DNA of 63,609 nucleotides, the filler included, from Kipferlia bialata (lineage: Eukaryota): the NCBI GenBank assembly GCA_003568945.1. It is 3 parts of 3 records of this genome, joined end to end, with 100 filler letters (N's around TTAATTAATTAA, not from the genome) between each part and the next. Parts side by side here need not be neighbours in the genome. Positions count along the whole stretch, not along the records: positions 26,900 to 53,681 come from BDIP01000179.1; 2 more parts are not named here. One strand, written 5' to 3'. Position numbers and translations under genes: made by a program. This document shows, piece by piece, positions 37,001 through 51,800 of the stretch (position 1 is its first letter; the number at the start of each line of letters is the position of its first letter). Below the pieces are notes generated by a model. It had not been told where the DNA came from, searched no databases, and saw only the letters and a list, made by a program, of their open reading frames with translations.

Positions 37001-40000
37001 CTGGGTAGATGTTGGCGTTACCTTTATGTACACATTCTGACCCCAGGTGTCGTGTGCACTCCCACACCGACTCCTTCGCCCTGTGTGTGGATGAGACACC
37101 TGGCTCAGCATATGCCAGGGTGGCCCTGATGACTACAGTTCCATGCATGGGGGTGACATCTCACCCACCACCGCTAGGTACATAGTGTAGAGTATATATG
37201 CTATCATGTAGTTATGGTTCTTACTATCAGAGGAGACGCAGTGCCAGGTGTCCCTGATGCAGTGTGACATAGACATGAGGCTGATACCCACCGGGGCAGG
37301 GGAGGGCGCAGAGGGAGATGGGGAGAGTGAGTCTATGGATGGTGTAGATGTAGAGGTGGATACTGAGGCAGAGGACACTTCAGTGCCTGAGGACGCTGAG
37401 ATAGAGGCATCAGAGTCTATCGCAGACACCCTAGAAGAGGGTGTATCTAGAGAGAGAGAGGCCGAGAGAGAGAGTGAGGAGGTGAGTGATGACAGCGAGA
37501 GTGATGGACCCGTTGATGATGCACCTCACGAGCCCTTCTCCCCTGAGTCCTCCCCACCTGCGCTGCTGTCAGTGTCTCTTGGTGGGTGTGAGTTGTACGC
37601 AGGTATGTCAGTTCACAGCATTACCCCCTTACGCTGAACTCTAGTACTATGTGTTTCTAAGTCATATCAGGTTGCGTATTCGTAAAGCGTCTTCCTGCTG
37701 AAAGGCTGGGTTACTTCCTCTTCACAGTAATGATCTCTGTATGTTGTATCAATACTACCTCCCCTCACCCCCTAGGCTGGGCCATAGCAGCTGAGCTAGC
37801 TGAGGTTGTGTCCGAGGCAGCCCATGCCCTGTCTCTACCAATGAGGGAGGGACCTCCCTCGGTGGGACTGGACCTACCTGCCAACAGAACAAGGCCGGAG
37901 GTGGGTGTGGGGATGTATGTACCGATACAACAGTTTGCCATTATAGTTCTCGCACTACAAGACAGCTAGATATTGAGATGTACTTAAGCACCTTGTGTGT
38001 CTCTGACCCCCAGCAGCCGTTCCACCTGTACAACCCCATCAGCCTGGTGTCACCATACGTCAGACTGGGGATAGAGGTGAGTGCATTATAAGTGTGTATA
38101 TGGTTAGTATTGCGTTCATGTATATGTATCACTGTCAAGTCTCTCACTCTGTAGGTCAGACACATGAAGATCTGCGCCTCTCTGCATCGAGACTGCTTCC
38201 CATGTCTCTATGGGCCTATGGTGGTGATCAGTTCAGAGGCATGCAGCCAGGTACATTGTGTATATATAGACCCTACGTGTGACTGGCTGACCCCCAGGTC
38301 CTAGGTGCAAGGGACCTCTCCCTGCCCTCCCTCTTCCCCTCTGCTCTCCATGCCAACCCTGCCCTCTGGCCCAGAGTACAGAGGCATAGGGCCATTGTAG
38401 CACCTAGGCAGCAGTCGAGGTGGGGTTGTGTGTGTGTTAACATATATATAATGTATATAGTATGGTATTGTCCGGGTAGACGTATACTACACAGTATGTG
38501 TCTCTCTGGTCGTTCTTACCATGTCTCTGACTCCCCAAGATACATCCATGTCCCCATCCCCGTCAACTGTCCTGTGGATGGAGTCATAGTGGCACCCCTG
38601 GGGTTCATGCTCCTGTGCTGTGGGCCAAGGTACATACAGTGATGATTCTTCAATCTATCGATATATGTTGGCATAATAGTACCTGACCCCCCAGCGTTCT
38701 GTCCCAGGATAGGCTGATGAGTGACAGTGTGAGGGGTAGACACATCCTCACACCCTTCAAGCAGAGCAGCATAGAGACAGGGGTCAGAAGGTGGGTGGTC
38801 TGGAGTATGGCACAGTACCTAGCATATGGATTCATTTTTCACTGTGCTGACTCTCAGGGGAGACCGTATCACTGTACACCACCTGTGTCCGGACTCTATC
38901 CGCGAGTTAAGCACAGTCAGGGGCAGTGGTAAAGCTGACGTTGCCATAGCCTCTTTCAGCTGCCACGTCAGTATTCCTAAGGATGCTAGGTAATTTGTAA
39001 TTTGTACTACCTCCTTCAGCTCCAGAAGTTACGCGATGTTTGCCCACTCACCCTAGAGATGTACCTCTTGAGGAGAGCGCCGCCCCTGGGGGTGTGGAGC
39101 TACCTGACCTGTGCACCAGGGAGATGCGTGCCCCATGGACGAGGGTGGCACCCCAGGCATACCCAGGTGGAGGGGTATATAGATGTATCATAATGTATAG
39201 AGAGTGAATGCGGGTATCCCTGTCTCTATAGTGCTCAGTGTTACCCTACCTCCAGGCGATCCAACTGAGTATGGCCTAGACCCCGAGCTAGACTATGGGG
39301 ACAAGTCCTTCGACCAGCACCCCTCAGTGCACATATACATACCAGTGTATGGGACACAGGTCGGAGGGGCAGAAAGTACACTCATATCTCTCAATCATGT
39401 TCCAATATGTACTGATATAGGTGTATGTGTCTATGTTCACATATACTGACCCTAGGCCAGGGGCAGTGAAGGCCGTATCATCTTCCACCACCCGGTGGGG
39501 TTCCATTTCGGAGACTACCTGGACGCGTGTATACAAGGTAAGAGTGGGACTATATACTGTGCCTCAGAGTTTTGAATGATGGTAATATTGCACTTCTACG
39601 CGGTCTTTTCATCTTAGGTGGCAAGGTTGGCGCCCCACTTGTGAAGCGTGTCCTTCTGAATCCCTACCGGCATGGTGCGCCACCCAACCCGCCCACAGAC
39701 TGGATATCAGGTACTTGTGTATAGCTACAATGGTGGGACACACCGAACTACTATCACTGTTCAAATGATTTTTTTCAGACGGCTATGCCAAGGTATACAC
39801 ATTGACTATATCGGAACATACATGTATACCCCCCCTCCTGACGCCATGCATCCACATCATTGTGGGAGGTGGCCCAGGCATCAGACTGACCGTGACCCAT
39901 GCGGCACATGTCATGGAGTGCATGCTGAGCAGCACAGGGAGGTGGGGAGGCACAGTGAGTATACTACTGTATATACTAGATTCATGTATGGTTGTATGTA

Positions 40001-43000
40001 CAGTGCATGCTCAGCAGCACGGGGAGGTGGGGGGTATCAAACCATAGTAGTTACAGTTCTGTCTCACTCTCTAGGAAGCGGGCTGAGATTGCCCCCGTTC
40101 TGTCCTTTGTATCATGTCTAGCAGTGTACATGCTGCATCAGTTGGAACATGCAGACAAGAAGGAGAGGGAGAGAGAGGAACGGAGGCAGGCAGCGAGGGA
40201 ACGCCAGCAGCAACGTGGAGCAGCCAACCTGGTATCCCTACCTACTGTCTCCCCTGTGCCAAGCACTGCATCCACTGCATCGTCCATATCAGACACATTC
40301 AGACGGGACCCACAGAGCCATGGTACGCGTAAATATCACTTTCCCTATCTACACGATATCCCCTTACCCTTAGCCTGTCGCGACTACGCTGTGGCTGGTG
40401 TAGTACGTACTGTGACTGCCAGTATACTAGGCACCGACCCAGAGATGAAGCCTCTGTCAGACGCAGTGATGCTGGAAGTGATCAAGTTCACACTGGCGTC
40501 ATCTCAGGTACAGGGGGGATTTGTATGGATACTACTACTACGCGGTTCTCTCAAGTGTTGCCCCACTTACTACCACCTCCCTCTCACCCCCCAGGCCCTG
40601 TACTCTTGGGACATCCTAGATAGACACCCCAAGACAGGAGAGGCAGTGGATGAGGCAGTGAGGTGAGGCACACGATAATATTCACAACAACCCCTGTATT
40701 GTTACATGTGGGAGTATATACATCTCACCCCCAGCCGTCTGTGGGTGCACTGTATGAGGGAGAGGGGTAAGCAGGCACCTGTGGGTAGGGTCATCAACCC
40801 AGTCCCCCTGGCACAGACTACAGTCACAGGTACAATAAGAATGTGTGTATGGATATATATGTATACTTTAGACTCCGTCTGGCAGTGTCTCTTAATAGAA
40901 CTGTCGAGCTTAGTAGCATTGTTTCACCGCAGGCGTGTTTCCGCTGTCCTTCTGTCTGTCGATAGACTCGAGACCAGAGCACGTCATATATAGGTATCTG
41001 CTCTGTCCAGTTGTTCTTCTTACGTTATAGACTATGTCACTCATCCAAGGGAGATGTTGAGACGAGACCCCCAGCAGTGCATACACCCCAAGCCGAAGGT
41101 GGCAATGTATCAGGCACAGGTGGGAGGAATGGCATGTTCTACAAGATACCACCCAACGCATGTATTCCAATAGTCATGTTCTGCCCGATGACTACACCCC
41201 CATCTAATCCAACAGGACTGGTGGCACCTCCCCCTCGGTGACACTCCTGCTCTGTATGAGAGTGATGGTAGCCCAGCACTCACACCCTCTGTGGAGGGGG
41301 GGACACCTGCACAGGTGGGGTATATGTGGTGGTCACATGTGTCCATTCACTCTAAGAGTCTCCTACCTACACCAACCCTAGGACCCCGGCCCCTCCCCCT
41401 GCACCATCCCCCCAGAGTACCCAGACCTGTCGGAGCCAGACTATCCGAAGGAGGTGAGTGGTGATGTATACATGGAGCGTCTGGGTATAACAATCACTAT
41501 CACACTCTAGTTTGTTATAGATACTTCTGGTTCTGCCATTCTGATAGGTATTCAGCCCCCTCCCCCCAGGTCACCCTAGACGATGTTATATGTGTCCTGA
41601 TGAGGGTATCAGTCCCAGGCACAGCGGAGATATCATGCGACAGGTACATGCCTCCTGTTCTTGTATTCTTCAAGACTATTCTACGCGATACCCACCCCAG
41701 TATAGCCTCCTCTGCCGGGTGCAGTGTGGGCATATCCATCAAGAACGTGTCCTCCTACATGGACCTCATACTGAGTGAGGGCCTGTGTCCCCCCATGTCT
41801 AGACCCTCAAATGAGACAGACGCAGCATCGAGGGTGGACACGTATAGGTAGAGTACTCTACATACAAAGGCACTAAATGCAGCCATAGGGGTGAGACACA
41901 TTCCAATGTTGCATAGGGTTTCTCCCTAACCCCATGCCCCTAGCCCGTACCTATTGCATGCCCTTCAGCCCATGGCACGTGGCAGTCAGAAGATACTACA
42001 TGGCAGGTGGGCGAGCATTCCATAGTATCTCATTTCGGACGCATGTTTCAAGTTTCATATGTACACAAACTTGCATATATGTATTCACGCCCAGGCATGT
42101 CGCAATAGACCCACTACCCAACGTAGCCTATTCATATACTCCTATGTACATGTATATGAATACATGCGTCAATGTATATGTACCCTATGCCCACCCCCAG
42201 GCATGTCCCAGATGCACTATCTGGCCACATATCAGGTGGAGTCAGCAGCCCTAGACATCAACCCCTCCCCTCCCCTGCTGACATCACTCCTATCCTCCAG
42301 CACACCCTCTCCTATCCTGTCGGCACTGGCCCAGGTGGGGGTATTGTCTACTAATGAATATAGATCCAATTCGCTCTACAGACTCTAGATTTTGCAGTCG
42401 GCACTGAACCATATGAGGTTCCACAGTTAGCACTTCCTTGACAATCCGTTGGTATAGTTGTCGACCCTCTTACCCCAGGCCGGTAGCGACAGTGTGAGTG
42501 AGAGGGCAGGGCACGCACTGGCAGCACTGCTGAGGTTCGATGGCTAAGATGTCATTAAATAGCAATATATTTACACCTTGACCCCACTCCACCCCCAGGT
42601 TCCCCATCCTCATGGCCACCTTTGCCTCTGGGAATGGGGCAGTGCTGTTCCCTAGGTATGAACATATGTTGAATATCACGCAAGTACAGGACTTCTGTCC
42701 TGACAATGGTACCTGCACGAGGAATGTGACTGTGCTGATACTGATAATGACCCCTAGGAAGCCCTTCCTGGGTGACAAACTGGGGTCCATCTTCCATGGG
42801 CACATGCAGGTGGGGAGGATATACATTGTCAGGCACTGTTCAGTGTATTCTCTTACCGTGTAGGTTGACGTTGGTGTGGTCAGAATACAGCTCGGGCTCC
42901 CACCCCCTCGCAACACATACACACCCACCAAGTACATCCAGCTGACATGTGAGCTGGACCGGGCAAGGTAACACATATCATACGCGTGCCCCTGGTGTGA

Positions 43001-46000
43001 GTATGTTATGAATAGTTATGAATAGTTATGCTGGTCCTAGTTAATGCTATATTATACTCTGTTATGTAGTTACATTTGATACTAACCACCCCAGTGTGTC
43101 GTGTGATGAGGGTGGTATCTCCCTGGAGGCAGGCATGGCAGGGCACAGTGTATACACAGACGTGCCAAAGGTATACATGGTCCCTCTCCTATGTATCTGT
43201 ATACTCTTCCCTCCAGCTACATGTCCTCTCCCATTCATATATTTATATACCCCCTCTCTGCCCCCTAGATATGTGCTGCCCCCTGGACCAGACTGTTGCA
43301 CAAGCCCCTACCCCCCCACCCCACTGCCATGCGGAGTCTCAATCATCATGCACACGGGGGGGAGGCAGTGCTCATGGCAATGCAACTGCCGGGTATGGTG
43401 CATATGGAGACATATGTGTGTGTTTACGGACTACATATCGTATGTACCCTATTCTGCCTCGGAGTGGCAATACACCTATATTTATACCAGTTATACTAAC
43501 CGCCAAGGCCGACTTGGTATCGACTTCTCCTGGGTCAGAAAGGCAGCCCCCTCACACTGGACACTCAGCACACACAGGTGCCCTACGCACTGGTATAATC
43601 GTGAAAGCTACGCGATGTGTTTTCATTGTCTGTTCCTCTCACTCCTCAGTCATCTGGTGTCATGTGGGATACCGGTGCCCTTGGTGGGAGAGGGAACAGG
43701 TTAGTATGTAGTATAGGACAAGATGACAGTGTGTTCCTACGCAGAGATGTACCTCGTATCTGTCTGCATACATTTTCGTGTGTGTGTATTTGTACGTGCG
43801 CCCTCACCCTTCAGACAACAAGGCCAGCCTGGGTGGTCCCATCATATCCTTCAAGGACTTTTATGGGCAGCACACCTTCAGAAGTAGCACCCTGTCTCTA
43901 GCCATATCACTCAGACAACCAACGGGTGAGACATGTACATCTATCTCTGTGTGTCTCCCCCCACTTTCAATTACATGCATGGATATTGATATACACACTG
44001 ACACTCAGAATCAGCAGACGCAGTCTCTGTCTCTGAGATATCAGACTCCGATGTACCGTCTATGTCAACTGAGAACCCCAGTGTCGTCCTGTGCCTATGG
44101 CCTAGGGAGGGAGGTGGTACAGGGTGGACACTCCCAGGCCATGCCGCATTCGCAGTGTTCAGGTGAAGTAATGCATACTCTATGAACGGATACAGTCCTT
44201 GCATTGCTATTAGCCAGTCTTGCTGTGTGTGTATACCAATCATCAATACACTGAGTATTATTGCCACATACATACTGACTCCCAGGGGCATGGTTGCACT
44301 CTTCTCCTCTGCCGGTCAGGCCATACCTATGCTAATGAGGACAGTCGACATCAAGCAGCAGCCACGGTATGGACTAGGACACATATCCTCTCATTGTGTC
44401 TGTATTGTATGCATTAAAGAAATAGCAGCCACTCACCACCAGCCCCACAGTCTCCTTCCTTGACCCTTCCTTGCTAGAGCCAGAACTGGCAAGACCCAAC
44501 ACAGCAATAGACCCATACCTAGGTGGGTATTCTACACGATGCACTGCATTGTCATTCCCTGTCGACTGACCCCAGGTTGTGCTGCTGGTATCAGTGCCGC
44601 CTTTGATACCTGTGATGTATCAGTAGCCATAGACACTCCCTTGCTCATATCCGTCTTCCTAGACGAACCCAAGAGGCCCAGGGTGGTGCAAACCACGAAT
44701 GCACTCCAGTTCATATCTCAGGTACATGAGATACACTATCTACATGGATATGTTTGTCCAGGTTTCTTACCAAACCAGGTCGGTAGTATTGTTATGTCCA
44801 CCTAACCTCAGATGGGTTCCATGGGCAGTAGACTCAGCACCACCCGGCCAGAGGTAGCAGAGGAAGAGGGATACACACCGGGGATTGGGGTGTTCACTCT
44901 CTCCAAGGTATCTTATATATCATCATGAGTATTTGTATCCATAGTCACGAATTTTTACTTGGGTTCTATGCTACTGATGCATATATATACGTGATATGTG
45001 ATTACATACATGTATGCTTATGTGTCAATTGCTAACCTCAGCTGCACGTGTCCTTCTCCGCCGACTGGAGGCACCCCACCACCACCACCTTCTCGACGTC
45101 CATCAATACTGGTAGGCTGTATGGGATAGTGTTCAGCCAGAGGTCTGGGGGACAGCTGCCAGACCCTCGGTCACTCACTGACCCATCGGCTATGATAAGT
45201 CTGACAGGTGGGGGGGTGTATAGGGTTTGTATAGAGCATAGGTGTAATATTACTGGGTCGATGACATATGAATACATTCATGTTTGTGGATCCATATGTG
45301 TGTATCCTTCTCACCTCAGGCATTTCCATCAAGACAGGAGTAAAGGCAAGGGTGTACATGAAGGAGAGAGAGAGAGACCTTCATACTGCACCCTCAGAGA
45401 GAGAGAAGGAGGAGAGGTGGTTCTTCCTCAATGACAGGTACTGCTTCTGTTACTACATCGCGTAGATTATGGCTATCATTACTGACTGCTAGGGTGCGTC
45501 TTGAGGATCCCTCCCTGATGGGTAGTGTGGGTACCTTCAAGGCTGTCCTGACACCTGCCAAGATGGTCACCACCATATCATTCCTCACAAGGCTGACAGA
45601 GATGGCAGACCAGCACGCTAAGTGGGTGGTGGTGTGAAGTAATAGTATAGTGTGTCTGATTTGCATTGTACTTGTAACTATGCAGAGATGCCTTCATCAT
45701 ATCTCACTCCAGTCTGTACCGCATCCGGCACTTCCTATGTCCTGGCCACTCCCCATACTCCTCGCCTGCTGCCAAGCTCAACCACGAGATAGCCAGGAGG
45801 AGGGACATGGGGAACCCGGTCACGTCGGTGAGTGCCTAGTATTGAACAGTATGTATCGTCAATGATGTACAAGACTCCATACTAGAACGTGTTTCTCTGC
45901 TCTCACCCCCAGCTGATATCCTTTGGGATCGACGTGCTTGAGAAGATTGACCTGTCAGTCAAGGGTGTCAAGATAGTGTTTGGGGAGCAGACTGCACCGT

Positions 46001-49000
46001 ACTCATTCTCACTCTCTGCCGCAGGGGGTGAGGCACTGGTCATCAGGTACACTGTATGGTTGACACGTTATATGTACTGAGGTCTCTCAGTACTAGGCCT
46101 GTTCATATATACCCTCACCTCCAGACACGGCCGAGTGACCCTGGGCCTCTCTGGCACTGTGTCCAGTCTAGAGCACAGGGCAGTGGTACCCAGCAGACAC
46201 GCACTCAGTGTCTACTTCAGTATAGGTGGGAGCAACGACTCTTACGGTATAGTCCTACGCGATAGTTAGAACACTACGAGTGTTAGTTGTATCTTACATG
46301 ATAGGTCTGGCTATGGTCAGGGCATCTGACACAGACCCAGATGCTGGATCCACATTCGCGCTGTCACTAGGTGCGGAATAATATATGAATACGTCATTAG
46401 TACTCCTCAATATCTAGCAGGTATCTGAATTCTTTGTGATAACGCTAGGCTTCATCCACCCTGTGTACCTGTCCCTGGCCCCAGAGGAACTAGCAGGTAT
46501 GCTCATGTGAATAGATGTAGATGTATACAGAAGTCCTCCTTCATATCCCACTACTTTCACTCGACCGCATATGCGTCAGTCTGTCCACACTATACATTTT
46601 CTCCTATATATATATATATATTGCCATTGACCCCCAGGCCTTGTGGCCCTGGTTGCCCAGATCCTAGGCTCCATGAGACAGGATACCGCCGGTGTCCCTG
46701 CCCCCCCTCCCATCCACCTGCACAGCATGAGGGTGGCTGCTAAGGAGTCGGCAGCATTTGTGGCACTGTACGTGTATTGTGAAACACATCCATCCAGTAT
46801 CGCAAGTCTAATCGCACCTTCATATCTGCCTCTTACCCCAGTGTGCGTAGGACAATCAAGGAAGCCATCACCCTCCGATGCGCATCAATGCCACTGGGGC
46901 CTAGGGGTGAGATCGTGTATTCAATAGTATACATATATGGACTTCATATTTCTTGGGGGTGAGTTGGGTATCTCACCAATATATGGAATACACACATGTC
47001 TAATATACCAATCTGACCCCAGTCCGTAGGCGTGTCCTAGAGATGAGCACCGACTCTCCATCTGTGGCCAAGGCAAAGTCAGTAATCATGGTGAGGGTGT
47101 ATGTATATACACTACATGCATGTATACACATCTTTGCTTGCACTGACCCCCAGCGTGGCTCCCTCCCCTCCCTCGCCTCTGCCCTCGTGACTCATGTCGT
47201 AGAGTCCAGGGTGTCGCCAATGCCCACACCATACACACCCAGGTACAGAGGGTATATGCACTGTATAGTATGCATATGTACACCTAATCCATGTTGTTGC
47301 CCGTATGCGACTGACTATTGTACGCGAGTCACTCACCCCCAGGGCCTTCTCCCCCCTGCCCCCTGCCTACAAGTGTGGCGGGGGTATACCCCGGGGAGGG
47401 GTGGCAGATACACTGGAAGATACAGGTGGGTGGTGTGGTGCATAGTAGCCTGTAGCATGAGAGATACACATCCTGAGTATCGTGTAGAGACTGACCCTAG
47501 GCATGGTTGATCTGTTCCAGTTAGAGTCCACGCTTAGAGTGGCCCTGTATCAGATGCAGGGGCTGAGGAGAGCTGCACCCTTGGTCAGAAGGTAGGGGGT
47601 AGTAGTGTCACATGTTACATGTCACACTCTACTCGACTGACAACAGGCTGAACATGCCCGTCCTGACCGACATCCTCCACCTCCTGCCAGAGACTGGCAA
47701 GGTATGCACATGGATGCATCATTTTACTGACATTTGGAAAGAGATTAGTCCTGTTGCTTCTACCATTGTGGGCACCCGTTATTCATATAGTGTCACTAAT
47801 TCCTAGGTAGTCTTCCACGTGCCCGTTGTCATCCTCTCCCTACCCATGCGTTCCCCAGCCACTGTGTACTCCCAGCACCACATAGTCAGGGCACTCATTG
47901 TGCGCATATTCGAGACCAACGTGGTGCTGACACTGACCAAGACTAGTACCAAGGGGGTCAGGGGGAGGAGGGGGGTTCCGGCAGAAGGTACTATACCGTA
48001 GCCTTACTCCACTCTATTATATACTAATTGTACACAATGTGATGACTCCCTAGATCACTCACCCCTCCAGACCCCCGGGACACCCTGCACCTGAGTGCCG
48101 TGGTATCCACAGGGGCATTCAGTGTGTACAACCTACCCGCTGCTGAGGTATTGTTTGTGCATAATATATATGTGGAGTAATGAGACAGTATGTATATATG
48201 CAAATTCCTCACCCTCAGTCTGTCCTGGCCCGTGGGGTGGGTGTCAGACTGGCGGCCTTTAGTCTGGCACAGAAGATGAGGGAGTGGAGAGGTGGGGTCA
48301 TGTACTGAACACTAGTGTACTGTACATAGAGACAAAGACATTATAAGTGTAGTTGCTAATCTATGTGACTATTCTCTGTGCTACAATAGACAGTACACAT
48401 TGGCTCCACTATCTCTTACCCAGGCACCCACACCGTTGGGTCTCTGGATGTGACAGATGCAGAGGAGAACCTACTGGTGGCAGCATTCCTACAGAGACTG
48501 TCGCCCAAGGTATGCACGTACACATGTTATATGTGTTTCACATACATTGCATCGTGTACTGCGTATATGGTATGGCTTGATGTACTAGATGTCACACTTG
48601 CCCCATGTGTACTACCCTGTGATACAACTGGTACCACTCCTACTCACATGTGTATACTTATACTCACTTCCAGGTCCACTTCCCCCTAGTGCTAGACATT
48701 GCCCCCACCGTGGCCTCTGGGGAGAACAGCTGCATAAGACTATTTATCAATGCTAGTTATGGGGTGCAGACACACCTGGTGTCTGTCAAGCACTTTGAGC
48801 TGGGTGTGAGGCCGATCATAGCCTCCTTGGAGCTAGGGGTCATTGAATGGTGGGTGGATGCAGTACATATGAACACCAGTACTTGAGCATATGAATCCAA
48901 GCCTATGTCACGGGGTATTATCCCTGTTACATATGCACATATCTCTATCAGTGTATATTGACGTTCATACTAACCCCTTGTCTGACCTCAGGGTGTTAGA

Positions 49001-51382
49001 GTCCCTTGCTTGTGTCATGCGTGCATGGGAGGGGCAGAGACCACCAGGTAAGTATAATGATTATTTTTTGCATAATGTATATATTTTGCACATTATGATA
49101 TATACAGTGCATATATATATTGTGCATATATATACTGACAGTGTAACAGTGTGGAGGGGCAGAGACCGCCAGGTATATACACTATATACTGTAATATATA
49201 TGAATACTGATAGTGAAACAGTGTGGCAGTGTGTAACGGTCAGACTGGCTAGCTCCAACCCCAGGCTCCAGTGAGTCCCTTGTAGCTGAGGAGGAGAGGA
49301 TATCTCTGGCGGTACAGGAGCTATTCTCGAGGGGTGACAGAGAGCCTCTGCCCCCTAGGCCGACACAGACTGTAGCAGAAGAGGGGGAGGGAGAGGAAGA
49401 GAGGGGGTTCAGACTGGAAGTCAGATACATCAAGGTGGGAGATGGGGCATTATCAGTGAATACCCACAATATTGTCTGTATATCGCGTAGTATTTGTCTC
49501 ACCTTCCAGATACAGCTGGGCACCTTCCGAGCCTTCTACCATCCCTCTCGGTCCTTCCTCACAGCCTCCCTGGCACCCGAGATGGCCATACTACACAGGT
49601 GGGGTCAAGTATATAGTGTATGAGACTATGGTACTTTAATACTATGATACTGCTTTACTGATGCCCAGGGTGTGTACTGCTGAGGGTGTGACAAGGGAGA
49701 GAACACACTTCCTGGCACACTGGGAGCTGGAGTTGGTCAGGTACGCACTGTGTAACCCTATTCTTATGCATATTAGTGATGTACCAAGTCATATACCAAC
49801 TGTGATTGGTATCTTAATATGTTGTGTTCCCACCCCCAGGAGTGTGGAGGATCTGCTACCGGCTGAGGCTAGGCATGAGCCCACTCTGCATGCCAACAGT
49901 ATGCTGATGGGAGAGTCGTGGGATCAGGTATTAGTATATACTCCTCCCAGAGAATAGTGTACATATGCAACCCACACCAGTAAGACCCTTACTGTAAAAT
50001 ATATGCTACAGTGAGTACGTGTATATATACTACCCCCCAGGACTCCCCCGACTCCCCAGCTGTTGATGATGGAGACATGAGGGATGAGGGTAGCCGCGAG
50101 GGGTCTACCAGCCTGGGACAGAGCCTCGACAGCATCCACTTCCCACAGGATATAAGGTACCATATGCGAATAATATGTACATTCACATACATATACTCAA
50201 CACTATCTACGCGGTTGATGCCAGGGAGCACATCAGACTGAGCAGGAGCAGGGTCATTGAGACGGACAGAGTGACACCTGCCACGGCTGGTCTCAGGTAT
50301 GGTGTGTAGATACTGAGATGTGCAGCTTTCGTGTGAATCATGTATTACCCGTTGTTATGTTACACCTCTCTCTGACCCCAGAGTAGCAGTGGGCGTCATC
50401 AACGGTGTCAAGATCCGTGTTCCCCCCTACATACATGGGTCGGACATGCCCCTGACAATACCAGTGGGTGAGTATACACTGTGTAGCATATGTGAATTTT
50501 GTCTGTAGTATATTTGGAACTCCAACCCAGTTGGTTGGGGAATACTGTGTGTGAGTATAGATAGACTAGATACTCATGATCCAACCGTCTGATACCTCAG
50601 GAGAGATTGCGTCCAGCTACGTTGACTTCCTTGTCAAGGCCATTGTCAACCAGCTACCTAAGACGTGGACCCAGGCCAGGTTCACAGGGGGACACTCACC
50701 AAGGGGGGAGGCCATGAGGTGGGGGTGGTATGTGTGTACCACTCTAGTCGTGTGACAGCTAATAGCCAGGCACCGTGCTGCTCTTGAGAGGAGTCATGGG
50801 GGGGAGGAGAGGGAGGTTGTGACAGTCAATCAACCATCCCTAGTGCACGATGTGTCTGATATGCTGACTAGACCCACCAAGCAGGGCAAGGCAGAGCACA
50901 CACATGAGCCAGTCACACTGTTCCCTCTTCCTGGGTGCGAATATTGGACTATATACTACTGTGTACGCTGATTATTGGACTATATTGCTATTCAAGTATG
51001 TTGCGTGTTGGTTGCTGTCACTGGGTGGAAGGTCGTCTCTGTTCAATATTGCGTGCATGTGTGAATGAATTCGTCTGCTAACTCTCACTGCAGCAAGTAC
51101 ACCGCCTTTGCCTCCAGGTACCATGGGGGTACGGGAGGGGCAGGGTCCAGTACTAGTGGGGTATCCACCAATACCACTAGCAGCACCAGCTCCACGGGTG
51201 GAATGGGTGCAGTGGAGCAGCCCTCCCTGGGCATGTCCCTAGCACCTGGTGAGTGTTCCATGGGGAGCAGAGGTCTGTACAATAGGTCGGGGATGGGGGC
51301 AGCTGGCATACGCTCTCTTACTGACCTCTTCCTGCCCCAGGAACCCATGCCTGACACTGCGAGGCAGGGGGAGGAGGAGTGA
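33892..51382 (+). CDS. Giant multi-exon protein, probable bridge-like lipid transfer protein (RBG superfamily, BLTP2/Hobbit/Fmp27-like)
   Basis: Dozens of GT-AG exons over 17.5 kb with alternating-hydrophobic beta-strand patterns. N-terminal YTLQRLSLHSVHNLRIYI and C-terminal VKHFELGVRPIIASLELGVIEW, VRYIKIQLGTFRAFY and GVKIRVPPY...LVKAIV recall the Fmp27/Apt1 regions; TGA 51380-51382. Not every junction was phased. Confidence 0.55.
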
Positions 51383-51800
51383 GGGGGTGTCTATTGCAGT
51401 GGTGACAGGGAGACTCCCCCAGACAATGTAGGCTGGAGGAAGGACCTACTTGGCTGAATAGATTGATCTTTCGGAAATGGGAGGAGACACGAATAGGGAG
51501 AGGAACGGAGATCCAGTCACATCGTTGAGGGAAGACAGAGACGGAGGCCTTGGGAGCTAATGTCATGCTAGGGTCACTGACACCATAGATGTTACTATCT
51601 TTGTTTCTATTTCACACATCTTTCACAGCAAGTGACGTACCTATTCACAATCGCACACTGCTTAACTGAATATAGTTTACTCTACTGGATGATCAGATAG
51701 TATTGGACTGCCTCTATTGCCAAAGAATGCGATGCCTAACTCATCATGACTCTCAAATTGAGAGTCTTAATGAACCCAAACGCTTGACTTCATGATCCCC

